A stretch of DNA of 64,000 nucleotides from Candidatus Zixiibacteriota bacterium (GCA_030615745.1 JAUWYR010000001.1:29959-93958), one strand, 5' to 3'. Positions 1 to 7,691 are shown, numbered from the stretch's first letter. Notes: generated by a model not told the origin, from the sequence alone. A program made the numbers and translations.

Positions 1-139
1 ACACAATTTTATCTATGAGCCAGATCGTCCAATATCAAAAACAGAGGCCTTAAATTCAATTCAAAATGCGGAAAAGTTAGTGAAAGAGATTATAAAAATC
101 ATAAAAAAAGAAAATCCTCAGTATGAATTTAAATTTTAA
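1..139 (+). CDS. 3' end of an upstream gene (45 codons, ...NAEKLVKEIIKIIKKENPQYEFKF*). Product unknown; loosely HEPN-like C-terminal helix.
   Basis: Frame 2 is open from the window edge to TAA at 137-139. The family guess is weak. Confidence 0.3.
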   Translation, partial: HNFIYEPDRPISKTEALNSIQNAEKLVKEIIKIIKKENPQYEFKF

Positions 140-194
140 ATAGAAATTAATTAAAACAAGGAACGATTAATGAGCAACTATCCACGATTCACAG

Positions 195-530
195 ATGAGC
201 AGATGGCTGCTATTCCGTAAAGGAAAAACCGAAGGGTCATTCCGCATTCGTCTTGTTACTGAGGCCAGCTTACCACCTTCTTTTAGTAGTCCAACGTGTT
301 TCCCAACTTGCAAAATATGTGGTTGGGAAACTTCAAAGATGGGTAACCTAACAAATATGAGATTAGCGGACATGGATGATTCCCATCGATTTAATGAGGA
401 ATATGGTATGATGTGTACCGAGCATGCAGGTCAACTGACACAGAAGCTTGTAGCAGAAAAAGGAATCTCCAAAAGTCAACTAAAAAAAGCAGTGCAAAAG
501 GCTCGAAAAATTATGTATTCGCAGATGTAA
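195..530 (+). CDS. Hypothetical protein, possibly the frameshifted continuation of a short ORF starting at 170 (MSNYPRFTDEQMAAIP*).
   Basis: 111-aa tracked ORF. The second half is protein-like and contains CxxC (CKICGWE). No family recognised. Confidence 0.2.
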   Translation: MSRWLLFRKGKTEGSFRIRLVTEASLPPSFSSPTCFPTCKICGWETSKMGNLTNMRLADMDDSHRFNEEYGMMCTEHAGQLTQKLVAEKGISKSQLKKAVQKARKIMYSQM

Positions 531-817
531 AACTTTCTGCCATTTTTTTAAATTTCATTAATCTCGTAGCAAATCTTACTACATTCGTAGTGATTTTTAC
601 TACAAAGTGGTTTTCCTATCGCAATTTCAAAAGTTTTGTTTGCGTAGATTTTATCCCTTTAAAAAATGCACGAATAAATTTATATCCACAAGCATTTTCA
701 AAACCCTAAAGCAAAAATTTTGACTTCTCTATGAGTTGATACAATCTATTTAACTCTGTCAAAAAAATTAATATTCCCTTTACAATTTTAAGCTCAACTG
801 TTAAATTTACAAAGCTT

Positions 818-2014
818 ATGAAGATAAAAAGGGCTGTCCTTTTAGTTTTAGATTCCTGCGGAGTTGGAGAGTTACCTGATGCTTATCTATATGAAGATGA
901 GGGTTCAAATACCATTGTGAACACTGCTAAGGCAGTGGGAGGACTAAATCTTCCAAACCTCGAAAAACTCGGGCTGGGCAATATTACTGTAATTTTTGGA
1001 GTATCTAGAGCTAAAAATCCAATAGCTAACTTTGGCAAGATGGCGGAGAAATCTTTGGGAAAGGATAGCACCACAGGTCACTGGGAGATTTCTGGGGTTA
1101 TTTCTGAGAAACCTTTTCCAGTTTATCCAGATGGCTTTCCTGAAGAGATTATCAAAGAATTTGAGAAAAGAATCAAAAGAAAGATTTTATGGAACAAACC
1201 AGCTTCCGGAACTGAGATCATAAAAAAATTGGGAGAAAAGCATAAAAAGACTAAAAGACCAATAGTTTATACTTCAGCTGATAGTGTTTTCCAGATTGCT
1301 TGCCATAAGAATGTTGTTCCAGTTTCTGAACTTTACCAGATGTGTAAGGTTGCAAGAGAGATTTTGACTGGAAAACATAGTGTTGCTCGGGTGATTGCAA
1401 GACCATTTATAGGGGATAAGGGCAACTTCGTTCGCACCGAAAAAAGAAAAGATTTTTCTCTGGCTCCACCAGAACCTACCCTTCTGGACTTGATGAAAAA
1501 AAAGGGATTTGAAGTTGTGGGAATAGGTAAAATTGATGACCTTTTCGGAGGGAGGGGTTTAACTGAGGTTATCCACACTAAAAATAATATGGATGGTATG
1601 GATAAGTTGATAAAAATTATGGAGGGTGATATGAGTGGTTTGATATTTATTAATCTTATTGATTTCGATATGCTCTGGGGTCATCGTAATAATTTCAAAG
1701 ATTTTGCTTCCGGATTAGAAAGGTTCGATTCAAGATTACCTGAGTTTTTGAATAAAATGAGAAAAGAAGACATTTTGATAATCACTGCTGACCATGGTTG
1801 CGACCCCACTACTCCATCAACCGACCACTCAAGAGAATATGTTCCTCTTTTAGTTTATGGAGAATTATTAAAAAGTGGAATGAACTTGGGGACAAGGGAG
1901 ACTTTTTGTGATGTGGCGAAAACTTTAGATGAAATATTTAATTTGAAGGGAATAAAAAATGGTAAAAGCTTTTTAAAGGAGATGTCCGAAGGATTTTTCG
2001 AATATGAAGGATGA
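818..2014 (+). CDS. deoB: Phosphopentomutase
   Basis: 398 aa. The N-terminus [22 protein letters not shown] and ...TADHGCDPT... are typical of alkaline-phosphatase-superfamily DeoB. It overlaps cdd by 11 nt. Confidence 0.9.
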   Translation: MKIKRAVLLVLDSCGVGELPDAYLYEDEGSNTIVNTAKAVGGLNLPNLEKLGLGNITVIFGVSRAKNPIANFGKMAEKSLGKDSTTGHWEISGVISEKPFPVYPDGFPEEIIKEFEKRIKRKILWNKPASGTEIIKKLGEKHKKTKRPIVYTSADSVFQIACHKNVVPVSELYQMCKVAREILTGKHSVARVIARPFIGDKGNFVRTEKRKDFSLAPPEPTLLDLMKKKGFEVVGIGKIDDLFGGRGLTEVIHTKNNMDGMDKLIKIMEGDMSGLIFINLIDFDMLWGHRNNFKDFASGLERFDSRLPEFLNKMRKEDILIITADHGCDPTTPSTDHSREYVPLLVYGELLKSGMNLGTRETFCDVAKTLDEIFNLKGIKNGKSFLKEMSEGFFEYEG

Positions 2015-2390
2015 AAAACTCATAGAAGAGGCTAAAAAGGCAAGAGATTTAGCTTATGCTCCATATTCAAAATTTAAAGTGGGTGCGGCATTGTTGACCA
2101 AAGATGGTAAAGTATACAAAGGAGCTAATGTTGAGAACTCCTCCTATGGCCTTTCGATGTGTGCTGAGAGGGTGGCTTTGTTTTGTGCAGTTTCCTCAGG
2201 TGAAAAAGACTTTTCGAAAATTGCAATTGTCGCCGATTCAGAGCAACCGATTACTCCCTGCGGAGCATGCAGGCAAACCCTTTTGGAATTTAATGGGAAT
2301 CTTGAAATTATTTGCGCAACTACTAAAGGTAAGATTAAAAAATATAGGCTAAAAGAACTTTTGCCAGAGCCTTTTAAACTGAATAGATAG
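2004..2390 (+). CDS. cdd: Cytidine deaminase (homotetrameric type)
   Basis: 128 aa with the zinc motifs CAERVA and PCGACRQ. Confidence 0.9.
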   Translation: MKDEKLIEEAKKARDLAYAPYSKFKVGAALLTKDGKVYKGANVENSSYGLSMCAERVALFCAVSSGEKDFSKIAIVADSEQPITPCGACRQTLLEFNGNLEIICATTKGKIKKYRLKELLPEPFKLNR

Positions 2391-2409
2391 TTTGTGGTAA
2401 TTTTTTTAC

Positions 2410-2440
2410 GCAACCTGCCTGCCCGGACAGGGAAGGTTGC
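2410..2440 (+). repeat. Hairpin GCAACCT / AGGTTGC enclosing the conserved loop GCCTGCCCGGACAGGGA (family copy 1).
   Basis: Read directly, 20 nt after the cdd stop. The same loop occurs with different stems at 15319-15354 and 29802-29841. Confidence 0.7.
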
Positions 2441-2452
2441 GGCTACTTTTTA

Positions 2453-2501
2453 GGTGAAAAAGAATTTTTTGGTATATTGACTGAGAATGTTCTTTTTCAC
2501 C
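2453..2501. repeat. Perfect 12-bp inverted repeat GGTGAAAAAGAA / TTCTTTTTCACC with a 25-nt loop, in the cdd-deoC spacer.
   Basis: Read directly. Confidence 0.6.
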
Positions 2502-2566
2502 CGGTGGTCATAATACACTTATAGGAGAAGTTCTTTTAGTTTTTAAGATTTAGGAGGAGAAATAAG

Positions 2567-3250
2567 ATGGACATCGCAAAACTAATAGACCATACTCTTT
2601 TGAAACCAGATGCGAAAGAAGAAGATATAAGAAAGCTTTGTGAAGAAGGAGAAAAATATGGATTTTGCTCAGTTTGTGTTAATCCCTTTTGGGTAAGCTT
2701 CTGTTATAAGTTCTTTTCAGAGTCTTGTGGGTCAAGGGTCAAGGTGTGTTCTGTTTCTGGTTTTCCTCTGGGCGCCACAAGCACTTTGATTAAATCCAAA
2801 GAGGCGGAATTGAATGTGAAAAATGGTGCGGATGAGGTTGATATGGTGATAAATATCGGAGCTTTGAAAGATAAAAACTTCAAACTTCTGGAGGATGAGA
2901 TCAAGTCGGTTAAAAGTGTGATAGGTGAGGATAAGATTTTAAAAGTGATCTTAGAGACCTGTGTTCTAACTGAAGAAGAAAAGATTGAGGGTGCAAAGAT
3001 TGTGTTGAGTTCGGGTGCGGATTTTGTCAAGACCTCAACTGGATTCGGTTCGGCTGGAGCTAAGATAGAGGATGTGAAACTTTTGAAAGAGGTTGTTGGA
3101 GATAAGATAAAAGTTAAGGCATCAGGAGGAATAAGGGATTATGAAACAGTTGTGAAGATGATAGAAGCAGGTGCTACAAGAATTGGAACTTCTTCTGGAG
3201 TGAAGATCATTGAAGAGAGAAAGAGATTTGAGAAAGAGAGATTTCAGTAG
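2567..3250 (+). CDS. deoC: Deoxyribose-phosphate aldolase
   Basis: 227 aa. IDHTLLKPDA, FVKTSTGF (Schiff-base Lys region) and KASGGIR are present. GGAGGAG RBS upstream. Confidence 0.9.
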   Translation: MDIAKLIDHTLLKPDAKEEDIRKLCEEGEKYGFCSVCVNPFWVSFCYKFFSESCGSRVKVCSVSGFPLGATSTLIKSKEAELNVKNGADEVDMVINIGALKDKNFKLLEDEIKSVKSVIGEDKILKVILETCVLTEEEKIEGAKIVLSSGADFVKTSTGFGSAGAKIEDVKLLKEVVGDKIKVKASGGIRDYETVVKMIEAGATRIGTSSGVKIIEERKRFEKERFQ

Positions 3251-3286
3251 GCAGTAAACAGTAGGCAGTAAACAGTAGCAGATAAA
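3245..3286 (+). repeat. Heptamer tandem array, 6 units CRGTARR (cagtagg cagtaaa cagtagg cagtaaa cagtagc agataaa).
   Basis: Read directly. It begins inside the last sense codon and TAG stop of deoC. Confidence 0.8.
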
Positions 3287-3373
3287 GATTTTTGGAGTGT
3301 CAAGCTTTAGCTTGACTGGATAGTGGTTCAACCCCTGTCCAAGCTGGTTAATGAATTTGAAAAAGAAAAGTTT

Positions 3374-3422
3374 CAGTAGGCAGATGACAGTAGACAGAAA
3401 ACAGAAAACGGGAAACGGAATT
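3374..3422 (+). repeat. Heptamer tandem array, 7 units (cagtagg cagatga cagtaga cagaaaa cagaaaa cgggaaa cggaatt).
   Basis: Read directly. It ends about 35 nt before the likely pdp start. Confidence 0.8.
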
Positions 3423-3457
3423 CTGAGAGAGATTTGAGAAAGAGATTTGAGAGAAGT

Positions 3458-4783
3458 ATGAGAGTCTACGATATAATTTCTAAAAAAAGAGACAGGGAAA
3501 AATTAAGTAAAGACGAAATAGATTTTTTTATAGATGGTTACACAAAAGAAAAGATACCCGATTATCAGATGTCAGCTTTTTTGATGGCTATATTTTTGAA
3601 TGGGATGGATATTGATGAGACAGCTAATTTAACTTTATCTATGATGAGAACAGGAAAAACCTTAGATTTAAGTGAAGTTCCTCAAGTGAAGGTTGATAAG
3701 CACTCAACTGGTGGTGTTGGTGATAAAGTATCTTTGATACTTGCACCTTTAGTTGCATCCTGCGGTTTGTGTGTTCCAATGCTTTCAGGAAGGGGATTGG
3801 GATATACTGGTGGGACTTTAGATAAATTGGAATCGATCTCTGGATTTAAGACCTCTTTTTCTCTGAAAAAGTTTGAAAAAAATCTAAAAGAGATCGGATT
3901 GTGTATAATAGGGCAGACCGAAGATATTGCACCTGCTGATAAAAAAATCTATGCTCTAAGGGATGTGACTGCAACTGTTGATTCCATTCCGTTGATAACC
4001 TCAAGCATCCTTTCAAAGAAATTAACTGAGGGAGCAGATGTGATTGTTTTCGATGTTAAGGTGGGTAATGGTGCCTTTATGAAAGATGAAGAGAAGGCGA
4101 TCTCTTTGGCTCAGACTTTAATCCAGGTGGGCAAGAGATTAAAAAAGAAAATGGTCGCGTTGATCACCGATATGAATGAGCCATTAGGGGAAGCAGTTGG
4201 AAATTCACTTGAGGTTATTGAGTCGATCGAAGCTTTGAAAGGGAATTTTCAAAAAGATTTGATGGAGGTTACTTTTGCTTTAGGTTCTTGTATGTTGATC
4301 TTGGGGAAAAGAGTAAAGAGATTTGAGAAAGCGAAAGAGATTTTAAACCAGGCGATTAAAGATGGAAAGGCTTTGGATAAGTTTAGACAGATGATTGAAA
4401 GACAGGGAGGGGATAAAAAGGTTATTGATAACTACGACCTTTTGCCCAAAGCTCAGTTTGAAATTTTAGTAAAATCTCCAAAATCTGGATATGTGAGGTC
4501 TGTTGATACTAAAAAAATTGGTTTTTCCGCAGTTGAATTAGGCGCTGGAAGGGAAAAAATTGGGGATAAAATTGATCCTGCAGTTGGATTTCTGATAAAG
4601 AAAAAAGTGGGTGATTATGTTAAAGAAGATGAGGTGATTGCTGAAATTTTTGCAAATGACAAAGAAAAAGGTGAGATTGCTAAAGAGAAGATTTTAAGTG
4701 CGTATGAAATAAGTAGGACTAAAAGTAAAAGATTAAAGAAAACACTTTATCTTGTTGATGAAAAAGGAGTTAGGAAGCTTTAA
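3458..4783 (+). CDS. pdp: Pyrimidine-nucleoside (thymidine) phosphorylase
   Basis: Tracked ORF 3434-4783. MRVYDIISKKRD..., HSTGGVGDK and SGRGLGYTGGTLDKLE are family hallmarks. The start was moved to the conserved MRVYD (3458); the 8 upstream codons lie in a repeat. Confidence 0.88.
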   Translation: MRVYDIISKKRDREKLSKDEIDFFIDGYTKEKIPDYQMSAFLMAIFLNGMDIDETANLTLSMMRTGKTLDLSEVPQVKVDKHSTGGVGDKVSLILAPLVASCGLCVPMLSGRGLGYTGGTLDKLESISGFKTSFSLKKFEKNLKEIGLCIIGQTEDIAPADKKIYALRDVTATVDSIPLITSSILSKKLTEGADVIVFDVKVGNGAFMKDEEKAISLAQTLIQVGKRLKKKMVALITDMNEPLGEAVGNSLEVIESIEALKGNFQKDLMEVTFALGSCMLILGKRVKRFEKAKEILNQAIKDGKALDKFRQMIERQGGDKKVIDNYDLLPKAQFEILVKSPKSGYVRSVDTKKIGFSAVELGAGREKIGDKIDPAVGFLIKKKVGDYVKEDEVIAEIFANDKEKGEIAKEKILSAYEISRTKSKRLKKTLYLVDEKGVRKL

Positions 4784-4861
4784 ATGTAAATCTTTTGGAG
4801 GTATTTTAATTTCCACACTAAATAGTAGGCCCACCTTGCCCTCAAGGTAGGGTAAAGATTC

Positions 4862-4994
4862 GGATGCCCCATGTTGAGGACAACATGGGGTTACCGATCA
4901 CGAGGCCATCCGTTCCTCAGGGATGTTATCATCCCCGAGAAAAAAGTTGAGTGGATGTCTACCTGGCCAGGGATATCATCTACCCCGAACAGTA
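4862..4994 (+). repeat. Mosaic intergenic repeat with modules M1-M2-M3. M1 is GGATGCCCCATGTTGAGGACAACATGGGGTTACCGAT (4862-4898), M2 is GTTCCTCAGGGATGTTATCATCCCCGAGA (4912-4940), M3 is ACCTGGCCAGGGATATCATCTACCCCGAACAGTA (4961-4994).
   Basis: Each module recurs elsewhere: M1 at 5986-6022, M2 at 15741-15770, M3 at 6048-6083 and 15788-15824. Confidence 0.8.
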
Positions 4995-5343
4995 GAAACC
5001 TTGAAAAGTTTATGAAGATAAGGCCTCAAAATGCAAACTTTAAGTTTGCTCAAAAGTTTTTTTATTTTTCAAATGTTACAGGTAAAGCTAAGACTTTTCC
5101 CTCCAGAAAAAATAGTATTGTAATCTGTTTTTCAAAGACTAATTTAAAAGGCTTGACTTTTCCTTATGAATATTTATATCATTATTTTGAGATATTGAAA
5201 ATTCTTGGATGTAAATAGAAACGACTGATTGGATATAAAAAAGATCTTATTAAAAAATTTTATTAAGGATTTTGATCTAAAGAGCACTTGAAAAAAGGCT
5301 TTTTGTCAATGTAAATTTTAAATTATAAAAAGAGGTAAACAGC

Positions 5344-5550
5344 ATGAACCAGATTATAGAAGGAATGCTTACAATTGTAAGTGGATTAAAAAAGAAAGAA
5401 CGACGCGAATTCCTTACTCGACTCATCACCTCAGGAGTTCTGAGCGAGGATGAACAGGACATATTAGTGATTGAATCGAGGAGAGGTGAACCAACTCGAC
5501 CATTAGATAAATTCGTGAAAGAGATGAGAAAGAAAGGTTGCCTCAGGTGA
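5344..5550 (+). CDS. Putative antitoxin of the RelE/ParE pair
   Basis: 68 aa. Its stop TGA (5548-5550) overlaps a GTG (5547) of the toxin frame (GTGA junction). AGAGGTAAACAGCATG RBS. Assigned from position; the family was not recognised by sequence. Confidence 0.5.
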   Translation: MNQIIEGMLTIVSGLKKKERREFLTRLITSGVLSEDEQDILVIESRRGEPTRPLDKFVKEMRKKGCLR

Positions 5551-5801
5551 GCTGGGAAGTTGAGCTTAATACTCATGCAGAACGGGAGCTCGAGAAACTT
5601 CCCGATATGATAATTCAACCGATAGTAGATCAACTAATTCGTTTAAAGAAAAATCCTTTTCCCAAAGGTGCCAGAAAACTTAAGGGACATACCGGGTACA
5701 GGCTAAGGATTGGTGAATACAGAGTCCTCTATGAGGTTGATCAAAAAGCGAAAAAAGTTATTATTTATTCCATCGGGCATCGAAGGCAAGTCTATCGATA
5801 A
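5538..5801 (+). CDS. Type II toxin, RelE/ParE family
   Basis: ...LPDMIIQPIVDQLIRLKKNPFPKGARKLKGHTGYRLRIGEYRVLYEVDQKAKKVIIYSIGHRRQVY matches the RelE/ParE pattern (R-x-R-x-G-x-YR-x-x-Y...I..I.HR). The start is TTG 5538 or GTG 5547. Confidence 0.8.
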   Translation: MPQVSWEVELNTHAERELEKLPDMIIQPIVDQLIRLKKNPFPKGARKLKGHTGYRLRIGEYRVLYEVDQKAKKVIIYSIGHRRQVYR

Positions 5802-5985
5802 TATCTGCTTTTTTTGAATTAAAAAATTTACAGCAAGCAGAGGATAAATAGCTTTAAGCGTTTTTGTAATTTTAAAGTTTTTTTTAAAAAGCCAAATTTA
5901 TAAGAGGAAACTTAGAAGTAGAAAGCTTCGGCTCTACCTTTAAGACCTTCAAAAAAGATTTCGTCTGGCAAACCTCAAAAGGTTT

Positions 5986-6083
5986 GGATGCCCCATGTTG
6001 AGGGCAACATGGGGTTACCGATAAGAATGGAAGATAGTTGCGCAACCTGCCTGCCCGGCCAGGGATAACATCTACCCCGAACA
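5986..6083 (+). repeat. Mosaic intergenic repeat with modules M1 (5986-6022) and CGCAACCTGCCTGCCCGGCCAGGGA + M3 (6041-6083).
   Basis: M1 differs from 4862-4898 at one base, in the hairpin loop (A to G). M3 is near-identical to 4961-4994. Confidence 0.8.
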
Positions 6084-6092
6084 GAAAAAAAA

Positions 6093-6398
6093 CTAAAGCC
6101 TCTGTTTATATTTTTCTGTCACAACAGGATTTTTTTTAATATCGATTATAGAGCAGAACTTTTCGAATAATTTTCCGATTTCTGGATTCTGGTCAACTTT
6201 TTTCCTTATCTTTTCAAAGTGCTTTTTATCTTTAAATTTATTGATCTCCATCCAGATATTTTCTCTTCCTTGTTTTTTGTAAACCTCATAGGCAATGCAT
6301 CCAGTTTTTACATAAATAGCTTTAACTGTTCTTTGTAATTTAATATAATCCTTTATCTTACTCTTGGGAACTTTATAAGTATATGTAACGATAAACAT
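6093..6398 (-). CDS. Small ABM-like (dimeric alpha/beta barrel) protein, last gene of the metal island.
   Basis: Tracked ORF 6093-6542 trimmed to the ATG at 6398, which is preceded by AAAGGAGAAAAT. The fold call comes from size and pattern only. Confidence 0.45.
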   Translation of the reverse strand: MFIVTYTYKVPKSKIKDYIKLQRTVKAIYVKTGCIAYEVYKKQGRENIWMEINKFKDKKHFEKIRKKVDQNPEIGKLFEKFCSIIDIKKNPVVTEKYKQRL

Positions 6399-6429
6399 AT
6401 TTTCTCCTTTTTGTCCCCGAAGCTTGAGC

Positions 6430-6591
6430 TTATTTTTTTCTTTTCTTATCAAAAATATACTTCTTAGGTTCTTTTTCAAACTCCGACTGACATAAAGGAC
6501 AACAGAGATAGTAGATCTCACCTTGATAAAAAATCTTAGCATAGGCTTTATTGGGATTCATTCTCCTTTTACAAACTGGATCATAGTGCAT
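6430..6591 (-). CDS. YHS-domain metal-binding mini-protein (53 aa), not in the ORF track.
   Basis: Hand translation: MHYDPVCKRRMNPNKAYAKIFYQGEIYYLCCPLCQSEFEKEPKKYIFDKKRKK*. The pattern DPVC-x-M...Y-x-G-x-x-YYFCC-x-x-C...F matches YHS/TRASH. GGAGAAAG RBS. Confidence 0.65.
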   Translation of the reverse strand: MHYDPVCKRRMNPNKAYAKIFYQGEIYYLCCPLCQSEFEKEPKKYIFDKKRKK

Positions 6592-6636
6592 AACTTTCTC
6601 CTTTAAGTTTTATTATGTAAGCTTACATCAAATATC

Positions 6637-6801
6637 TTAATCTTTTTGTTCTTTTGGTTTTTTCATATATTTCTCTGGCTCTTTCTCGAATTCAGATTTA
6701 CACAACGGACAGCAGGCTAAATAATCCTTTCCTTTATATTTCAGAGAAAGGTAAGCTTTCTCTTTATCAATCTGGGCATTGCAAACTATGCATCTATCCA
6801 T
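6637..6801 (-). CDS. Second YHS-domain mini-protein (54 aa), not in the ORF track.
   Basis: Hand translation: MDRCIVCNAQIDKEKAYLSLKYKGKDYLACCPLCKSEFEKEPEKYMKKPKEQKD*. AAGGAGGTG RBS upstream. Confidence 0.65.
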   Translation of the reverse strand: MDRCIVCNAQIDKEKAYLSLKYKGKDYLACCPLCKSEFEKEPEKYMKKPKEQKD

Positions 6802-6827
6802 AAAAATACACCTCCTTTCATTAAATA

Positions 6828-7166
6828 TCAGAGTGCGGCTTCGCCTTTTTCTCCAGTGCGGATTCGAATAGCTGTCTCCACCGGGGAGATAAAAATCATG
6901 CCATCTCCCTTAGAGCCGGTATAGGAACTACCGCTGATCACCTGCACCAGACGGTCAACATCTTTGTCCGCACAGACCACCTCTAACTTAGTTATATCCC
7001 AGTATCTTTTGGTGATACTCTCATCGGTGGTAAAATAGTTGGGATCGAATCCATAGCCCACAGGGTGCACGGTGACCACAGTGATTCCCGGCGCTTTTGC
7101 CTCCTCCAATGCCTTTACCGTTCTTTCTAAGACCTCTGTTCGGATATAGGCTTTTATCTCTTTCAT
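6828..7166 (-). CDS. P-II-like (GlnB-fold) protein of the kind found beside heavy-metal RND pumps.
   Basis: 112 aa. MKEIKAYIRTEVLERTVKALEEAKAPGITVVTV... has P-II beta-alpha-beta spacing but no canonical T-loop Tyr context. AGGAGGAACAA RBS. Confidence 0.65.
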   Translation of the reverse strand: MKEIKAYIRTEVLERTVKALEEAKAPGITVVTVHPVGYGFDPNYFTTDESITKRYWDITKLEVVCADKDVDRLVQVISGSSYTGSKGDGMIFISPVETAIRIRTGEKGEAAL

Positions 7167-7391
7167 TTGTTCCTCCTGTTAAAGCGTAATGTAAATTTTC
7201 ATCTTAACCATGATTTTGATTTCTGGTTTTTTCTTCTTTGAATCTTAAGCTACCAGAGGCTCAAATTTTTAGGTCGAAAGAGTAGGAAATGTTCAGAAAT
7301 ATTTTTTTTCAATCAATAGTTTTATCTGCTCCAAGCTCTTTCCCTGCACAAACCAGTTGAAGGCATCACGGCCCTCGTCATTACATTCTCT

Positions 7392-7691
7392 TCAGGTGGG
7401 AGGACATCTTCCCTTGTAGCAAACATCCAGATACTCTCCACAACAAGGGCAGGGAATCTCAGATACGATATCTGGAATCTCTTTTAGAAGGAAGCTATAT
7501 AGTTCTGAGCCATCCGGTGGAAGTGTCAATCGGGAGAGACGTTCCCTCCGGTTATCAAGACCGTCAGCATTTTGAAAAAGATACAGAGTTAAAATTACGA
7601 TCGCAAAAACTCCCAGAAGGCTCAATAGGGTAAACATTTTTCGCCTTTTCCCTTTTTTAAAGCCTTTCTTTTTTTCTTCTTTGAAATTCAT
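7392..7691 (-). CDS. Membrane-anchored Cys-rich protein (CPCCGEYLDVCYKGRCPPT). The frame continues past the TGA to 7293.
   Basis: 99-aa tracked ORF with one TM helix (FTLLSLLGVFAIVILTLYLF). 32 further stop-free codons follow the TGA in frame (see findings). Confidence 0.55.
   Translation of the reverse strand: MNFKEEKKKGFKKGKRRKMFTLLSLLGVFAIVILTLYLFQNADGLDNRRERLSRLTLPPDGSELYSFLLKEIPDIVSEIPCPCCGEYLDVCYKGRCPPT

Noticed and set aside
413-709. Tracked 98-aa ORF overlapping the end of ORF 195-530 and running into repeat-containing AT-rich DNA.
   Set aside because: Low-complexity hydrophobic translation, no RBS, and it covers the 661-681 repeat unit.
3296-3350. A tRNA-like fragment with a GGTTCAACCCC T-loop-like string in the deoC-pdp spacer.
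   Set aside because: No acceptor stem, D-arm or anticodon arm could be drawn. It is only a local hairpin plus a chance T-loop-like string.
4871-5218. Tracked 115-aa ORF downstream of pdp, and the 118-aa minus-strand ORF 5277-5633.
   Set aside because: The first starts inside repeat module M1 and runs through M2 and M3 into AT-rich DNA. The second is antisense to the well-formed TA pair. Neither has an RBS or a recognisable family.
4862-6083. Considered that the repeats flanking the TA cassette are integron attC sites.
   Set aside because: No RYYYAAC / GTTRRRY core pairs at the repeat ends and no intI gene in the window. The modules also occur in shuffled combinations elsewhere.
7392-7394. 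Considered a genome-wide recoding of TGA (an alternative genetic code) to explain the in-frame TGA.
   Set aside because: TGA clearly terminates deoB, nuoD, nuoK and other well-delimited genes at the expected lengths. Any recoding must therefore be site-specific (Sec or readthrough), or the site is a mutation.
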